Below, piece after piece: positions 39,601 to 52,100 of a DNA stretch of 64,000 nt. Made by a program: the position numbers and the translations under genes. Source of the stretch: Octopus sinensis (taxonomy: Eukaryota). Where the stretch lies: NCBI RefSeq assembly GCF_006345805.1, contig NC_043007.1, forward strand, positions 76,756,001-76,820,000. The letters run 5' to 3'. The notes beneath the pieces are model-generated. The model had not been told where the DNA came from. It ran no database searches and worked only from the letters and a program-made list of their open reading frames with translations. Within the stretch, counting starts at the first letter, position 1. Every line of letters starts with the position of its first letter.

Positions 39601-42600
39601 CTTGTCCAATGTATTTTCATAAGTTTGTCTTACACATTCATGTTTGTTTTCAAACTTTTAGTTAGTTCTTGTGTCATATGTTGCAAATAATATAAATATT
39701 TTTTTCATAAGTCCCAAGTTACTCTGGTGGTTGAAAAAAATTGGGATTGTCTATCATATATGAAGCATGGATGCTAAGAAATATGTCCTATGTATCACAT
39801 GTAATACACAGGACATGTAAAGGTGTGGTTGATGTACTTGAGGTTAAAGTTTGGGGCTACTTATCACATAATAATGAAATCAAATATTGAAGCCAGTGAG
39901 TTATGCAACCAGAGTAAGACCTAACAATGCTATGCACCTCTCTCTCGCTTCTTGGCTGACAGATATGTTCACTTCATTAATAGAACTGTAAACAAATAGA
40001 AAAATTTGCGTGTAGTGAGAAAACAATGCAAAAAGAATCTGAGAAGCATAGAGAGTTGATAGTGGATGGTACTTAAGGTAATTGTCATAGCAGATCAAGG
40101 ATAAACAATATCATTTAAAAATAAGGCTTCAAAGATATTTAAATAGGCAAGGGAACAATATTAGTGGTGAAGAGGACCTCTATAGTTCATTTGAAGTGGC
40201 TGTTAAAAATTTAAGAAAATAAAACTATAAAAAAATGATGACGCCTGATGGTGGTACATTACTATATTGAGATTCCCTATAGAACAATTCCTCTCAAGAA
40301 GCAACCAAGCTCTACAGGTGAAGTCAGGTTCTGAAGTATGGTGAGGATGGTTGTTAGGCTAGCTATGATGGCACTGATAATTATTTTGTTTACTCCTGTT
40401 AGTATATTTATTTAATCTTTTATTTTCACTACTGAGTAATCTGTTTCCTTTTATATTTTTATTTTCATTATTTAGGAATGGCTGGTTTCGCACGCCTCTG
40501 TGCAGGAGATGTATTCGAAGTTACTATGCGCTATGGTACTCAGAAATGGAAAGCAAAAGGCAAAATAGAAAAGGATGGTTCTCAGCGATGGGATCTTCCA
40601 GATTTTGTATTCAAGACATTGGTTGGAGACATCATTAGCTTAAAGGCAAGTGTAGTACATGCACATACATACATGTGCACAAATATACCATATTTGATGG
40701 TATATTAACCCTTTTTCAAAAACAATTTTAAAAATTCACTCTGGATCCTATGTGATGAAACTAGGCTTCTTGTAAGCTTTTTTCCTAAATACGCACTGCT
40801 GAAATTGGGGTGGATTTGCCTGTAAGTTTTGTATGTCATCATATATGGTACTTAAAAGACAGCACAATTTTGCAAATATTCAAATTCAAACATGTTCATA
40901 TTTATACATGAACACATATATTGTCATTTGCTCAAACACACACACACACTCACACATAAATGAAGTAAATGGATCTTTGCTAATTTTATCAATGAATATT
41001 GAAGTTGTTCGATCAACTGAAATGCTTATTCATTGACTTATAATGTTAATAACAGACTATGCCACAGCGTGTTGTACACTTAATGTAAGTCTGAGGCAGA
41101 ATCTGTATGATATAGCCGGTCCATTGATTTATGGGGAGAGCCCATCTGATGGTGTTCCACCATTTTGTCCACCCAGTTTAATTCACAAGGCTTGGATCTG
41201 CTCAAGGTTACATTAAAAGATGCTTTTTCAAGATGCCATGTAATGATCAACCCTGAGACCTCATGATTGTGAAGTAAACTTTTCAAACACTCAGTTGTAT
41301 CTGTGTGTGTGTTGCATGCATGAGTAATTATATAGACATACACACATTGTTTATTTGTAACAATTTTCCAAATCCAGACCATTAAAGTGAATTAATGTCT
41401 CTTCTGTTTTATTTTATTTTCACATATACAGGCAGTGGAATTACGGAGTCTTAAATCTGTTTTGTTGGGAGAAAAGAAATGTGAAACCAAAGATTTATTC
41501 TCAGCTAATCCACAGATGATGACTGTTAGTATCAATCCAAATGGCTCTCTGAAACTCAGCATCATAGTAACATGGAAGTAAGACAATGTTTTTTTTTTAC
41601 TTATTTTCATTATCAAATCTGTTCTTCCATATATGAATTATTCTTGCTGTTAGGATTTTCTATCATATGCAAAGGTCAAGTCTGTTGATATCTGAAAAAC
41701 AGGGCTTTGTAACTTAGCAGAAGGAATCAGGTTTGTTTATCATCACCATCCCTAAAAGTCATCATTTGAATAATATATAATTTCAGTATGCCTATATAGG
41801 TTTTTCATTTGGAGAATGTTTCTGTGAGAGTGTATGTATGTATGTATGTATATATGTGTGTGTGTGTATGTATAGGGAGGTAAAGAGGGAAACTAACTTT
41901 TGTATGTGGAAAGTGCACAGATACAATAAATGCTGAAAATATACAGAAAGTAGACTCCATCAACTGCCGGGGGGGGGGGGAGCTAGAGGTAGAAGATAGC
42001 TTCTGTTATCTAGGTGACCAAGTTTGTAGTGGAGGTGGATACTCTGAGAGCATAGCTGTGAGAATAAGATTAGGCTAGAGAGCTCCTACCCCTGATGGCA
42101 ACAAAGGGCCACTCCCTTAGAGTGAAAGGCAGATGGTTTGTTGCCTGTGTGCGAACAGCCATGCTGCATGACAGTGAAACATGGGCTAAAACAGCTGAGG
42201 ACATGCATAGGCTTGAAAGAAATGAAGCCAGTATTCTTCGCTGGATGTGCAATATCAGTGTGCATGTTCAACAGTCTAAGCATCTTGAGAGAAAAGTTAG
42301 GTATAAGAGGAATCAGATGTGGTGTTGAAGAGAGACGACTGCACTGGTATGGTATTGTGATGCATATAGATGAGGACAGCTGAGTAAAGAAGTGGAGGGA
42401 ATCTGTGGTAGAGGTAGACCAAGGAAGACATGGGACAAGGTGGTGAGCATGATCTTTGAACTTTGAGCCTCACAGAGGTAATGACTGGTTACTGAGACAT
42501 CTGGCGATGTGCTGGTGGCATGTAAAGAACATCTTTTGAATGTTGGGCCTCATGGATGCAAAGTGGCTAAGTTCCTTTCGAGCATTGGGCCTGACGGTGG

Positions 42601-42956
42601 CAAAGTGGCTGAGTTCCTTTTGAGCATTAGGCTTCATGGAGGTAAAATGGTTGAGTTCCATTCGAGTGCTGAAGCAGTAACCAAGACCTTTCGCATTATG
42701 TCATGCTTGAGAAGAAAACCCATCAAGCCGAGCAAAACTGTAGTAATGATAGATACCGGTGTCATGCAAATTGGAACCCATGCTGGTGGCACATAAAAGC
42801 ACCCATTATACTCTCGTTGTGGTTGGCGTTAGGAAGGGCATTCAGCCATAGAAAACCATGCCAAATCAGACCGGAGTCTAGTGCAGCCTTCCAGCTTGCC
42901 AGCCCAGTCAAACCATGCAATCCATGCCATCATGGACAACAGATGTTAAATGATGA

Positions 42957-43008
<52 letters not shown>

Positions 43009-43170
43009 AAGTGCAGGAGTGGCTGTGTGGTAAGTAGCTTGCTTTCCAACCACATGGTTCTGGGTTCAGTCCCACTGCATGGCACCTTGGACATGTGTCT
43101 TCTACTATAGCCTCAGGCCAACCAAAGCCTTGTGAGTGGACTTGGTAGACAGAAACTGAAAGAAGCCCAT

Positions 43171-43216
<46 letters not shown>

Positions 43217-43384
43217 ATATGTATAAGTGCAGGAGTGGCTGTGTGGTAAGTAGCTTGCTTTCCAACCACATGGTTCTGGGTTCAGTCCCACTGCATGGCA
43301 CCTTGGACATGTCTTCTACTATAGCCTCAGGCCAACCAAAGCCTTGTGAGTGGACTTGGTAGACAGAAACTGAAAGAAGCCCAT

Positions 43385-43436
<52 letters not shown>

Positions 43437-46400
43437 TAGGTGTGTGTATATATATATATATATATATAGGTAGGTGTGTGTATATGTTTGTGTGTCTGTG
43501 TTTGTCCCCCAACATTGCTTGACAACTAATGCTGGTGTGTTTATGTTCCCATAATTTAGCAGTTCAGCAAAAGAGTGAAGTGCATTATTGTTTTTCCCTT
43601 GTTCTACCTTATTTGAAATTGATATTACCGGTATGGTTGCATGATAGAATCATTGACACATCAAATAAAAATGGATTTAATGAATTTGTGTTTGCATAGA
43701 TAAGTATAAAAATATTCATTGATTTATTATATGACTAATAGATTTTGTTATATTTTCATAAAATTTAGATCTCAAGCTGAATTATATGTCACTTAAATTA
43801 ATTTTTGAAACATCTTCACTTTTCAGTCCATTGGAAGGTGTGGATGAAAGTCTAATAATTTATGAAGTTCCACAACGCACTCAAGACACGCCACGACGTC
43901 GACCGGTCTCTGCATTAGCAGTGAATGGACAGTACTCTCAATTGGTAGGTCTCTTACTGCTAAGAATGTGAACTTTTTATCATCAGCCCCTAAAAATACT
44001 ATTTTGTAGATATCTGCACCTGTTGCTAAATCTTGAACAGTGCAAAACTGTACTCCAGTTAAGCTGTTGTTTTTTTTGGTGGTAGAATCAAAACCTGGAA
44101 CTAAGCATTCTTCTGTGCAAAGTTTTTCTTTATAAAAACTTCCTGTCAGAAGACTTCCTGTTTGCACCATGTTTGTTTATTTAATTATTTGCATTTTATC
44201 AAATAAATTTCTCTGGATTTATGCTTCCTTCAATTTTTGAGCTTAATACCAGTTAACGCCTCATAGTGTTATTATCTATTATTCATTTACTGATGATTTG
44301 ATTAGGAAATTGATCCCTAGGAATCAACATCTTGTAAATATATGTGGAAATACATATTATAAACCTAACTGTATTCAACCTTGGCAGTTGAAAGAATATA
44401 GCAACAGGAAAAAATTAATAAGTAAAAGCTACATTAACACTGCACACCAATGATAGTTGTATTGTATCAGCAAATTTCATGCAATGGATACATTTTTATT
44501 TTCTTATACTGGATTACTGGATTTTGTCAAAATTTAGTTTGTAAGAAATTCATATAAAAAACAATCATTTTCTTCTCGTGCTCCCATCTTAGGTACATCA
44601 CATTGATTTTAGCCCTTTTTGATGGAACCTACTAAAGGTTATTCATTGAAGAAAACAAAATCATATGCAATGCAAAATGATTAAGAGTATTGAAAATTCA
44701 TATAAGGGTATTAAAATTTTGTAAAAATACTTTAATCCCACTAGGAAAAAGAAGGATATATTCTTGAATAAATCAGCATTGCCTTCTAGCATAAAAATGG
44801 CTTATACATTGTCCTTGTCAACTTGTAAGAGTTAATCTCAGCTAAAATTAGGTACTCAAAATAAGTACTACACTCCTCTTATTTACAAGTGAATTAAAAA
44901 ATTCATCCAATTTCAAAAGCCATCAAGTTAGCATCCATTCTCACTTGATGAAAAATAAGGTGTGTAAAAAAAATAAAAGAAACTATTAAATTCTTACATA
45001 TATTGTGCTGATATAACAAAGAAATTTTGTAATTTTTTTTTCTTACATACACTATTACACCTGTTGAATTTGTATCTGATTAAGGATTTTTTTATGCTTT
45101 CACTCCATATATGTAATACCTGTTGGTTGGTTATATTTCTTGTAAGTTAATCCCTTTTCAAGTTACAAGGGATCCATTGGGGCATTAGTGTTAGATACAT
45201 TTCAGCATTGATAATACACTAATATATTATGGTTTTTCTTTTTGTGCCCAAGTCATGAACAGCGTATTTCATTAGCAATATAGTCAGGAAATATTGCAAA
45301 TTCTTTTAAGTATAATAATTTGTTTGATCATTTTGGATTTGTTTGTGAGTCATGTCAGTTGTGTTATATTGTAATAATTTTGTTTTGTTTCTTTCTTTGT
45401 ACAGTTTGGTAGTCAGTTAGACCTGCTTGGCCATGAAAGGAGGTACTCCAGTCCCGTGTCATTGCCTCAGTCAAAGGATGATAGTTATATTCTTTCATCG
45501 TCAAGCTCTTCATTATCTCTTGCGGCAACAGCTTATCCAATGAATGACTCTGATAGCGCTATCTATATATCTCAACTTCCACAGCGCTCAGCTTCACGAT
45601 CAATGTTGACTGGCTCAGCTATGGCTCTTCCACCCCCATTAACTACAACGGGACATTATCCTTCAGGACTGGCACAGCATGCAGTGTGTGCATATGCAAC
45701 AGATGCTTCTAATTTGGAAGATGCACTTAATTGTTTAAGTGTATCACTTGAAGATGTACGTGGCCGATACCAAGAATTACAGAAAATTGAGGAATTGGTT
45801 GATGTTTTACGATGCTTATTAAAGGTAGGCCAACATTTAAATACAGTATTTTTTATTATTTTCATTTCTTTGTTGATGCTGTAAGATTTCTAGCAGAACA
45901 CCAAAGAACCAGAGCTTTAGTTCTACCATGTATATTGGAGTTGCAAGCAGTATGAGAAATTTTAAGTGAATGATATGGACTGCTCAAATAGTTTAATAGT
46001 TGATAGTCTTGAACAACACTTCAGCAAAATCAACACAGTTGCTACTCTATACTACACTTTAAAATTTCTGATGATCTCTCAAGGTAACCCAGTTAACATT
46101 GCTAAAACTGCATCACAATAACTAAGTTATCCCATTAAAGCCAGAAAATATTTCATCTTTGAATAGTTGCTTCAATAAGACTCACGTTGGAGCACTTCAT
46201 AACCACTTTATCAAGACTCATTTGTCCCAGGCTCACCTACCTTCCTCTGCTTGTGACCCTTATTTTGCCTAATTTCTCAGAGTCTGCACTAAACTTTTCA
46301 CTCAAACCTTCTTTTCCAAAATTGTCACTCTTTAGAATTCCCTTGCCTACCACATATTCTCTACAGACATTGCTGTGCATATATACATATATAAACATAT

Positions 46401-49081
46401 TACAAGAATTCTTTTATGAGAAATTTTCAGTAAACCCTATGCAGCTGTTTCTTTCCACTTATTTACAAGAGAGTAGATACAGGCACCTACTCAACTTTAC
46501 CTGTTCCTGATCCAGCAAAATGCTGAATAACCAGTATATCAACCTCATCTATCTGGGAGGACCAGCAAATATCTAATATTGTTCTTTGTCCTCTATCTTG
46601 TTAAAAAATAATAATTGCTGTTATCTATGTCCCAATTAGTGTCTAAGTTTGAACTAATGATTATCCAAATTATGTGATTTGTTTGCCCATAAACTTATCA
46701 GCTTTACTTTATGTTGAATATGACGAAAAATAGACTTCAGGACAATTTTTCCCACAGTGTCCTTATCAGACAGCCATATATTTTTGCATACAGTGAAATC
46801 AACATCCTATTAATTCCATCTTAATCAACAACAGCTAGATTGATGTTTTGTCCTTTTGAGAGAACATGCTGATCTAGCAAGTAAAGGGTGGTGATTTTGT
46901 CTTACATAGACCTGATGGACCTTGGTGTAGTTGGGAGTTTCTATGTGATAGCTTTTCCTGCTATAAATAAAAGCTAAAACAAAAGACTTTAAATAATAAC
47001 ATCTTAAGTACAAAATGTGCAAAAGAAGATGGGATTGTTATAACTGGAGCATTTTTGACTATAGCTCTGCTTTATCAGTGTTGTCATTGAGCTAAACAAC
47101 ATAAATACATCAAGCATATATATATAGCTTTGTTTTGCTAATATTTCTGGTTATCTCCAGTCATATCTTGCCCAGTAAAGATTAACACTAAAACTTACTT
47201 GATGATGACTTATATACTGGGTGTATGTAATTATCTTTGCTCAGTAGAATCCTGTTAATTAGATTAATGCTTTATCTGTGACAATGACAAATGTGGTGTA
47301 ATTATTGTTTTATTTAGTTATAATTGTAAGTGTAGCTAATGAGTGTGTACATAGAAATATGTCTCTGAGTCATTATAAGGAACGGCATCCTTTTACATTG
47401 AAAAAGAAATCATTACTTTATCATTACTTTTAGTTACTCTTTCTAAGAACTGCAGTTTCATATTTCAAAGATTCAACTTTATATCCTTTGTTTCGATATT
47501 CAATTAACAATACACAGTGAACACTTTGACAAGATATAAACTTCTTTAATTTATTATCAATGATCTGCTACCTTTCAAAATTCCATAGTCTAAGGCTGTG
47601 GTCATAGATGCACAGTAAAAGACGCAACCTCAGCCCCCTGTCTTTCTTGGTGATCTTGGGTCCTGATTAATTTGGTATGTTGAGTTGGACTATTAGCTTC
47701 TCTGTAAGTGAATCTTCTGCTCTTTGACAGATTTTCAACCATGAAATGTAGAGAGTGGTTTAATGAGGCAAGTTGTACTGGGTTGTATGGTAACAGTAGC
47801 AGCTAGCACCTGACCTGACTTACAATACCATTAAAATACAGTTTATGTTATCTGAATATGAACTGAGAAACTCTGGGGGACCTAATTTGAGTTTTCAGAA
47901 GGAAATTAGTATCCAATACTTGATGGGTTCTTTATGAAAATCTTGGGAATGAGGATGTGGCAATCATGTAAGGAGACACCTTCTTGAAACAGTTATACAG
48001 CTATCCATGTTGTAGGTGGATACTCCCCCCCCCCTTAGTTTCTTATCTCATTGTAGAGCAAATAAAGATTTCTAAGTTTGGCTCAAGGATAGAGATTTGT
48101 AAGGAAAAAGATCTAAATATTATTGAGGATCTCTCTTGGAGAAAGGATATTCTTATTCTTAGTGTAGCTATGATGCATCCCAAAGAGTAACCCTTCCATT
48201 TTGGTCCAGAGTATAATTCAGCCCCTACAACTGCTGATGCGCAACAAGATCTATGCAAGGCCCACACTGGAGTGCTGTTTCATCATTTGGAGCAGTACCC
48301 TATTGTAGAGTTCTCAAATTTTGATCAGTGCCACTGCTATATGCTCTAACATACTGCATTGCCCCCAGAGAAGATCACTGAGCTTATTGACACTTCATCA
48401 CAAACAGAATTATTGCTAAAACTGCTTTACTAAGAACTAAGATACCATTTTAGTGCCAGAAAATACTTTAACATTGATTGGTTGCTAACCTTCTATAAAG
48501 CTCAAATAAAATTCACATTGAAGCACTGTATAATTATTCTATCAGAGCTCACTTGTTGCAGGCTCACTCATCTTTCTCTGCCTGTGACCCTTTGTATGTC
48601 TAATTTCTAAGAAATTACTCTAAACCATATACATGCTGTCTCCCTTCGCTGTTTTTTTCTCTTTACTATTATGATTACTTCTGCCCTTTCGGGCTGGCTG
48701 GTCTTGTACCCACCAATGTTCATACACCTCCCAATCCACTCATCTCTCTACCTTTTTTTACTGTTAGTGTGTCCAACCTCACCCCTTTTCCCTGCATTGA
48801 CTGTTATGCCAAATCCTTAATTCTCCAAAACATTGTCCATCTGGAATCTTCTTCCTGCTTATGCATTTCCTTCAAATGTTGACTTGTAGCAGTTCTAGCA
48901 GAACATTAAATAGGATCAATGACAATGGTGTCAGAGGTTCTGTTAGGGTCAAGGGCTCTTTCTCTGCTTGCAAACTCAACAAGCAAAAGATAAAATGTTA
49001 AAAAACAAAGACTTGAACTTAGAACACAAGGAGACATATCTAAACACTGCTGGGCTTTCACTGTCATTTCTGCTTCTCCAC

Positions 49082-49145
<64 letters not shown>

Positions 49146-52100
49146 TACAAGACGAAGAAAAAAACCTGAAATGTTACAGGTTGTATCAAACAGATTTTTA
49201 GGATATTTGTATATATTTTTGCAGTGATTTGTTGCTTTTTGTGTTACTTTTAAATTGGAGGTTCTGTTTATTAATTAAACTTATAATGATCATTTCCTCT
49301 TTGCAGAAGCATTCCAGATCTAGTTCTTGTTCTTCTAATATAAGTGTCTCAATTGAACATGCCTTGGAAGCTTTTGACTTTCTCAATACAGAGGACATTG
49401 TTGATGATGTAGATAGCTCACCTAGGTTAGTTTGCTTTTTTTTAAAAAATTTATATTGTTGTTGCTTGTTTATTGAAGTGCAAACATATTTGACATTCTT
49501 ATGCATTTACATATTTTTAAAAGTTTGCACACACTCACTCATATTTATACACATGCCTACACATATCGACATTTGTGTGCATGCACCTACATATGAATAT
49601 TTAGAATTCATATCAATTTTATGTGTAATTTAGAAATGTAATGCTTGTTTTTCTTGTGACTAATTGAGTGCAGTTATTACTCTGTTATTACATTATGTAT
49701 AATACAGGTTAAAATTATACATAATGAGTCATTAATTAGAGGGGATGTTGATATATTAGTAGGATACAAATCTATTGCATTTCCTTGAGAAATCTTTTAC
49801 CTCTCAACTAAATAGGTTACAAATTCTCTCATTGGCCATTATGGAGATAATGTTGTGAATTACTATAATGTCCAGTATTGTTATTAAGTTGTTATTTTGA
49901 TGAATTTTTTTGTTTATTTATCTTTTTAGTGAGAGCAGAAGATCAAGCTTAGATCACATTCTAACCAGTCCAGAATCTACTGCCAAAACAACAGATTCTG
50001 GAATCGAATCTTTAGCTAAGAGATTATGTGAAGACACCCAACTGAGTTCTAGCACAAATTCCAGTCCACTTCCTCCAAGTTCAGGCAATGAACATGTGGA
50101 CCAAGCTCTTATCTTCCATCTTAATTACTGTAACAAATTAATTGAGGTCAGTTCACATCAGCTTGTTTTTTTCTCCTTCATAACCTAATGTGGGTGGTTA
50201 CATAAAATTTACTCGTTCACATAAACTGTTTGAGCAAATCTTGTATAACATGTCTTTTTTACCTTCATCAGTAACTTGTGATCTTAGTTATTACATATTT
50301 TGTTTATACTTTGATGTGGTAATGAGTAGCTCAGAAGTTGAGCTACTCAGCATATATTCCTTTGTGTTGTGTGTAATGGTGTATATAATCAGAAATATTT
50401 AATCTCTGAAGGAAAATTTCAAAATAATTCCATCAACCTATTTATGAAATACAAAATAATTTATATTTGATTAATCTGTTGTTGTTGGGGTGGTGTTTAG
50501 ACTGTGCTTGTCTCTCTTTGTGCATTTATCTGTGTTTATGCACATGTATGTATGCACTAAAACTTAAGTGTACTCAAAAATTTCATCAATTTTATTTTAA
50601 GTAGACTTCAAGTTTGTAGGTCAAATGAAACCTTAGACAATTAGTTCAATATTTTTAATTTGTTATTTCCTGTTTTATATTCAATGACTCACTTTTCAAC
50701 AAAGAATTTATACACATACATCCACTTCCATTTCACACTCTCTCTCCCTCCCTCTCTCTCTCTTTCTCTCCTTCTTATTGGAAAATATCAAAACTCTAGA
50801 TAAATAATTTTTTATGTCAGCATACATCAATTAATCCAGCAATGTTAAGCTTGTAAAATTTGTTTTCTGACATAGGCAAAGTGCTTCCGATTTAGTTGGT
50901 AAAGGAAGGAGAGTTAAATATTGTGACTTTCATGTGTTTCTCTAGAGTATTTGCAAGTAGAATTGTTGCAGTTAAGAATTTAAGTCAAATTATTTAGTTG
51001 GTTCACCAGGGCTTTGTAATTGACTCTATCATTAAAATTACAGATTTTTGGAAATCTAAATAAATATAGATTTATGTTCTTTTCGCTTTTTGAATTTGTA
51101 TTTCATTGAACGATAATGCATAAATTTTACTTGTGAACTATTTTTGTAACAATATTTGCAATGTAATTAATTGCTGAATTGTGTGTTAATCTAAGTTGAT
51201 AATTAGTCTTAATGGTCTCTGTGTTATTTAGTATTTGTCTGTTTACCAATGTTGCACCTGGTAGTTATCATACCATTCTGTGATGTTATGGTAACCACAG
51301 TTATTGGGTCAAGGTATTTCATGTAAGTTAATCAATGGTTGTTCTTTTGTATTTCTCACATCTGCTTTAATGACCAGTGAACATAGCTCCATTGTTCCTG
51401 TCATCATTCTGACTAAAGTTGGTGAATATATTCTAGCCTATTTACTATTTATATAAACCATTGTTGTTGAAGATAATGATATGAATAATAACTTCTTATA
51501 TTAATATGACCAACAATTTTAAGGAGATAGTTAATATAATTGATTTTATTAATCAACTCTGGCACAAGGCCTGCATTTGTTTATTTTGCCCACTGAAGAA
51601 AAGAACAAGATTGACTTTGTGGGAATTGAACTCATGATAAAAATGAACATAACATCTGCCCTTTTAATGACTTTTTGATTATAATAATATTAATAATAAT
51701 AATAATAATAATTGTACATTTCAAAAATGTTACCCGTTATCATCCAACTTATTTTATAATCTTCTGTAATTAGATAGAAATCTGCTTACAGAGAATGTTC
51801 CTGTTTTCAGTTAATATATCAGTATAGAAAGTATATTTCCTTTGGATGTGTCTAGATTTTTCTGTGGAATTGTGCCTAAGAATCTAGTGTTAATGAATAG
51901 ATGAAATAAAATAATGCATTTAAAACTTCTTATGAACATTTTCAAAGAAAAGTTTTTGAGCAGAGAAAAAAAAAATCTAGTTTTCATCTGCATGTGTATC
52001 CATAGAGTTGACGTGTATTTGTTTCTCCCTTCAGTCTAATTAATGTATTGAGGGTTGGCAAACATACTGGGATGACAGTTCTATTAATTCCCTTATATGA

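Noticed and set aside
40235-40334. Intronic C/D-box snoRNA candidate (ATGATGA...CTGA) about 140 nt upstream of exon 8
   Set aside because: No terminal stem and no recognisable rRNA-antisense element; such boxes occur often by chance in AT-rich DNA.
42541-42666. Regularly spaced repeats as a CRISPR-like array
   Set aside because: Head-to-tail units without unique spacers, inside a eukaryotic LINE, with no cas genes.
43823-44170. 115-aa antisense ORF overlapping exon 10
   Set aside because: No recognisable domain; partly explained by antisense to a coding exon; this length is attainable by chance.
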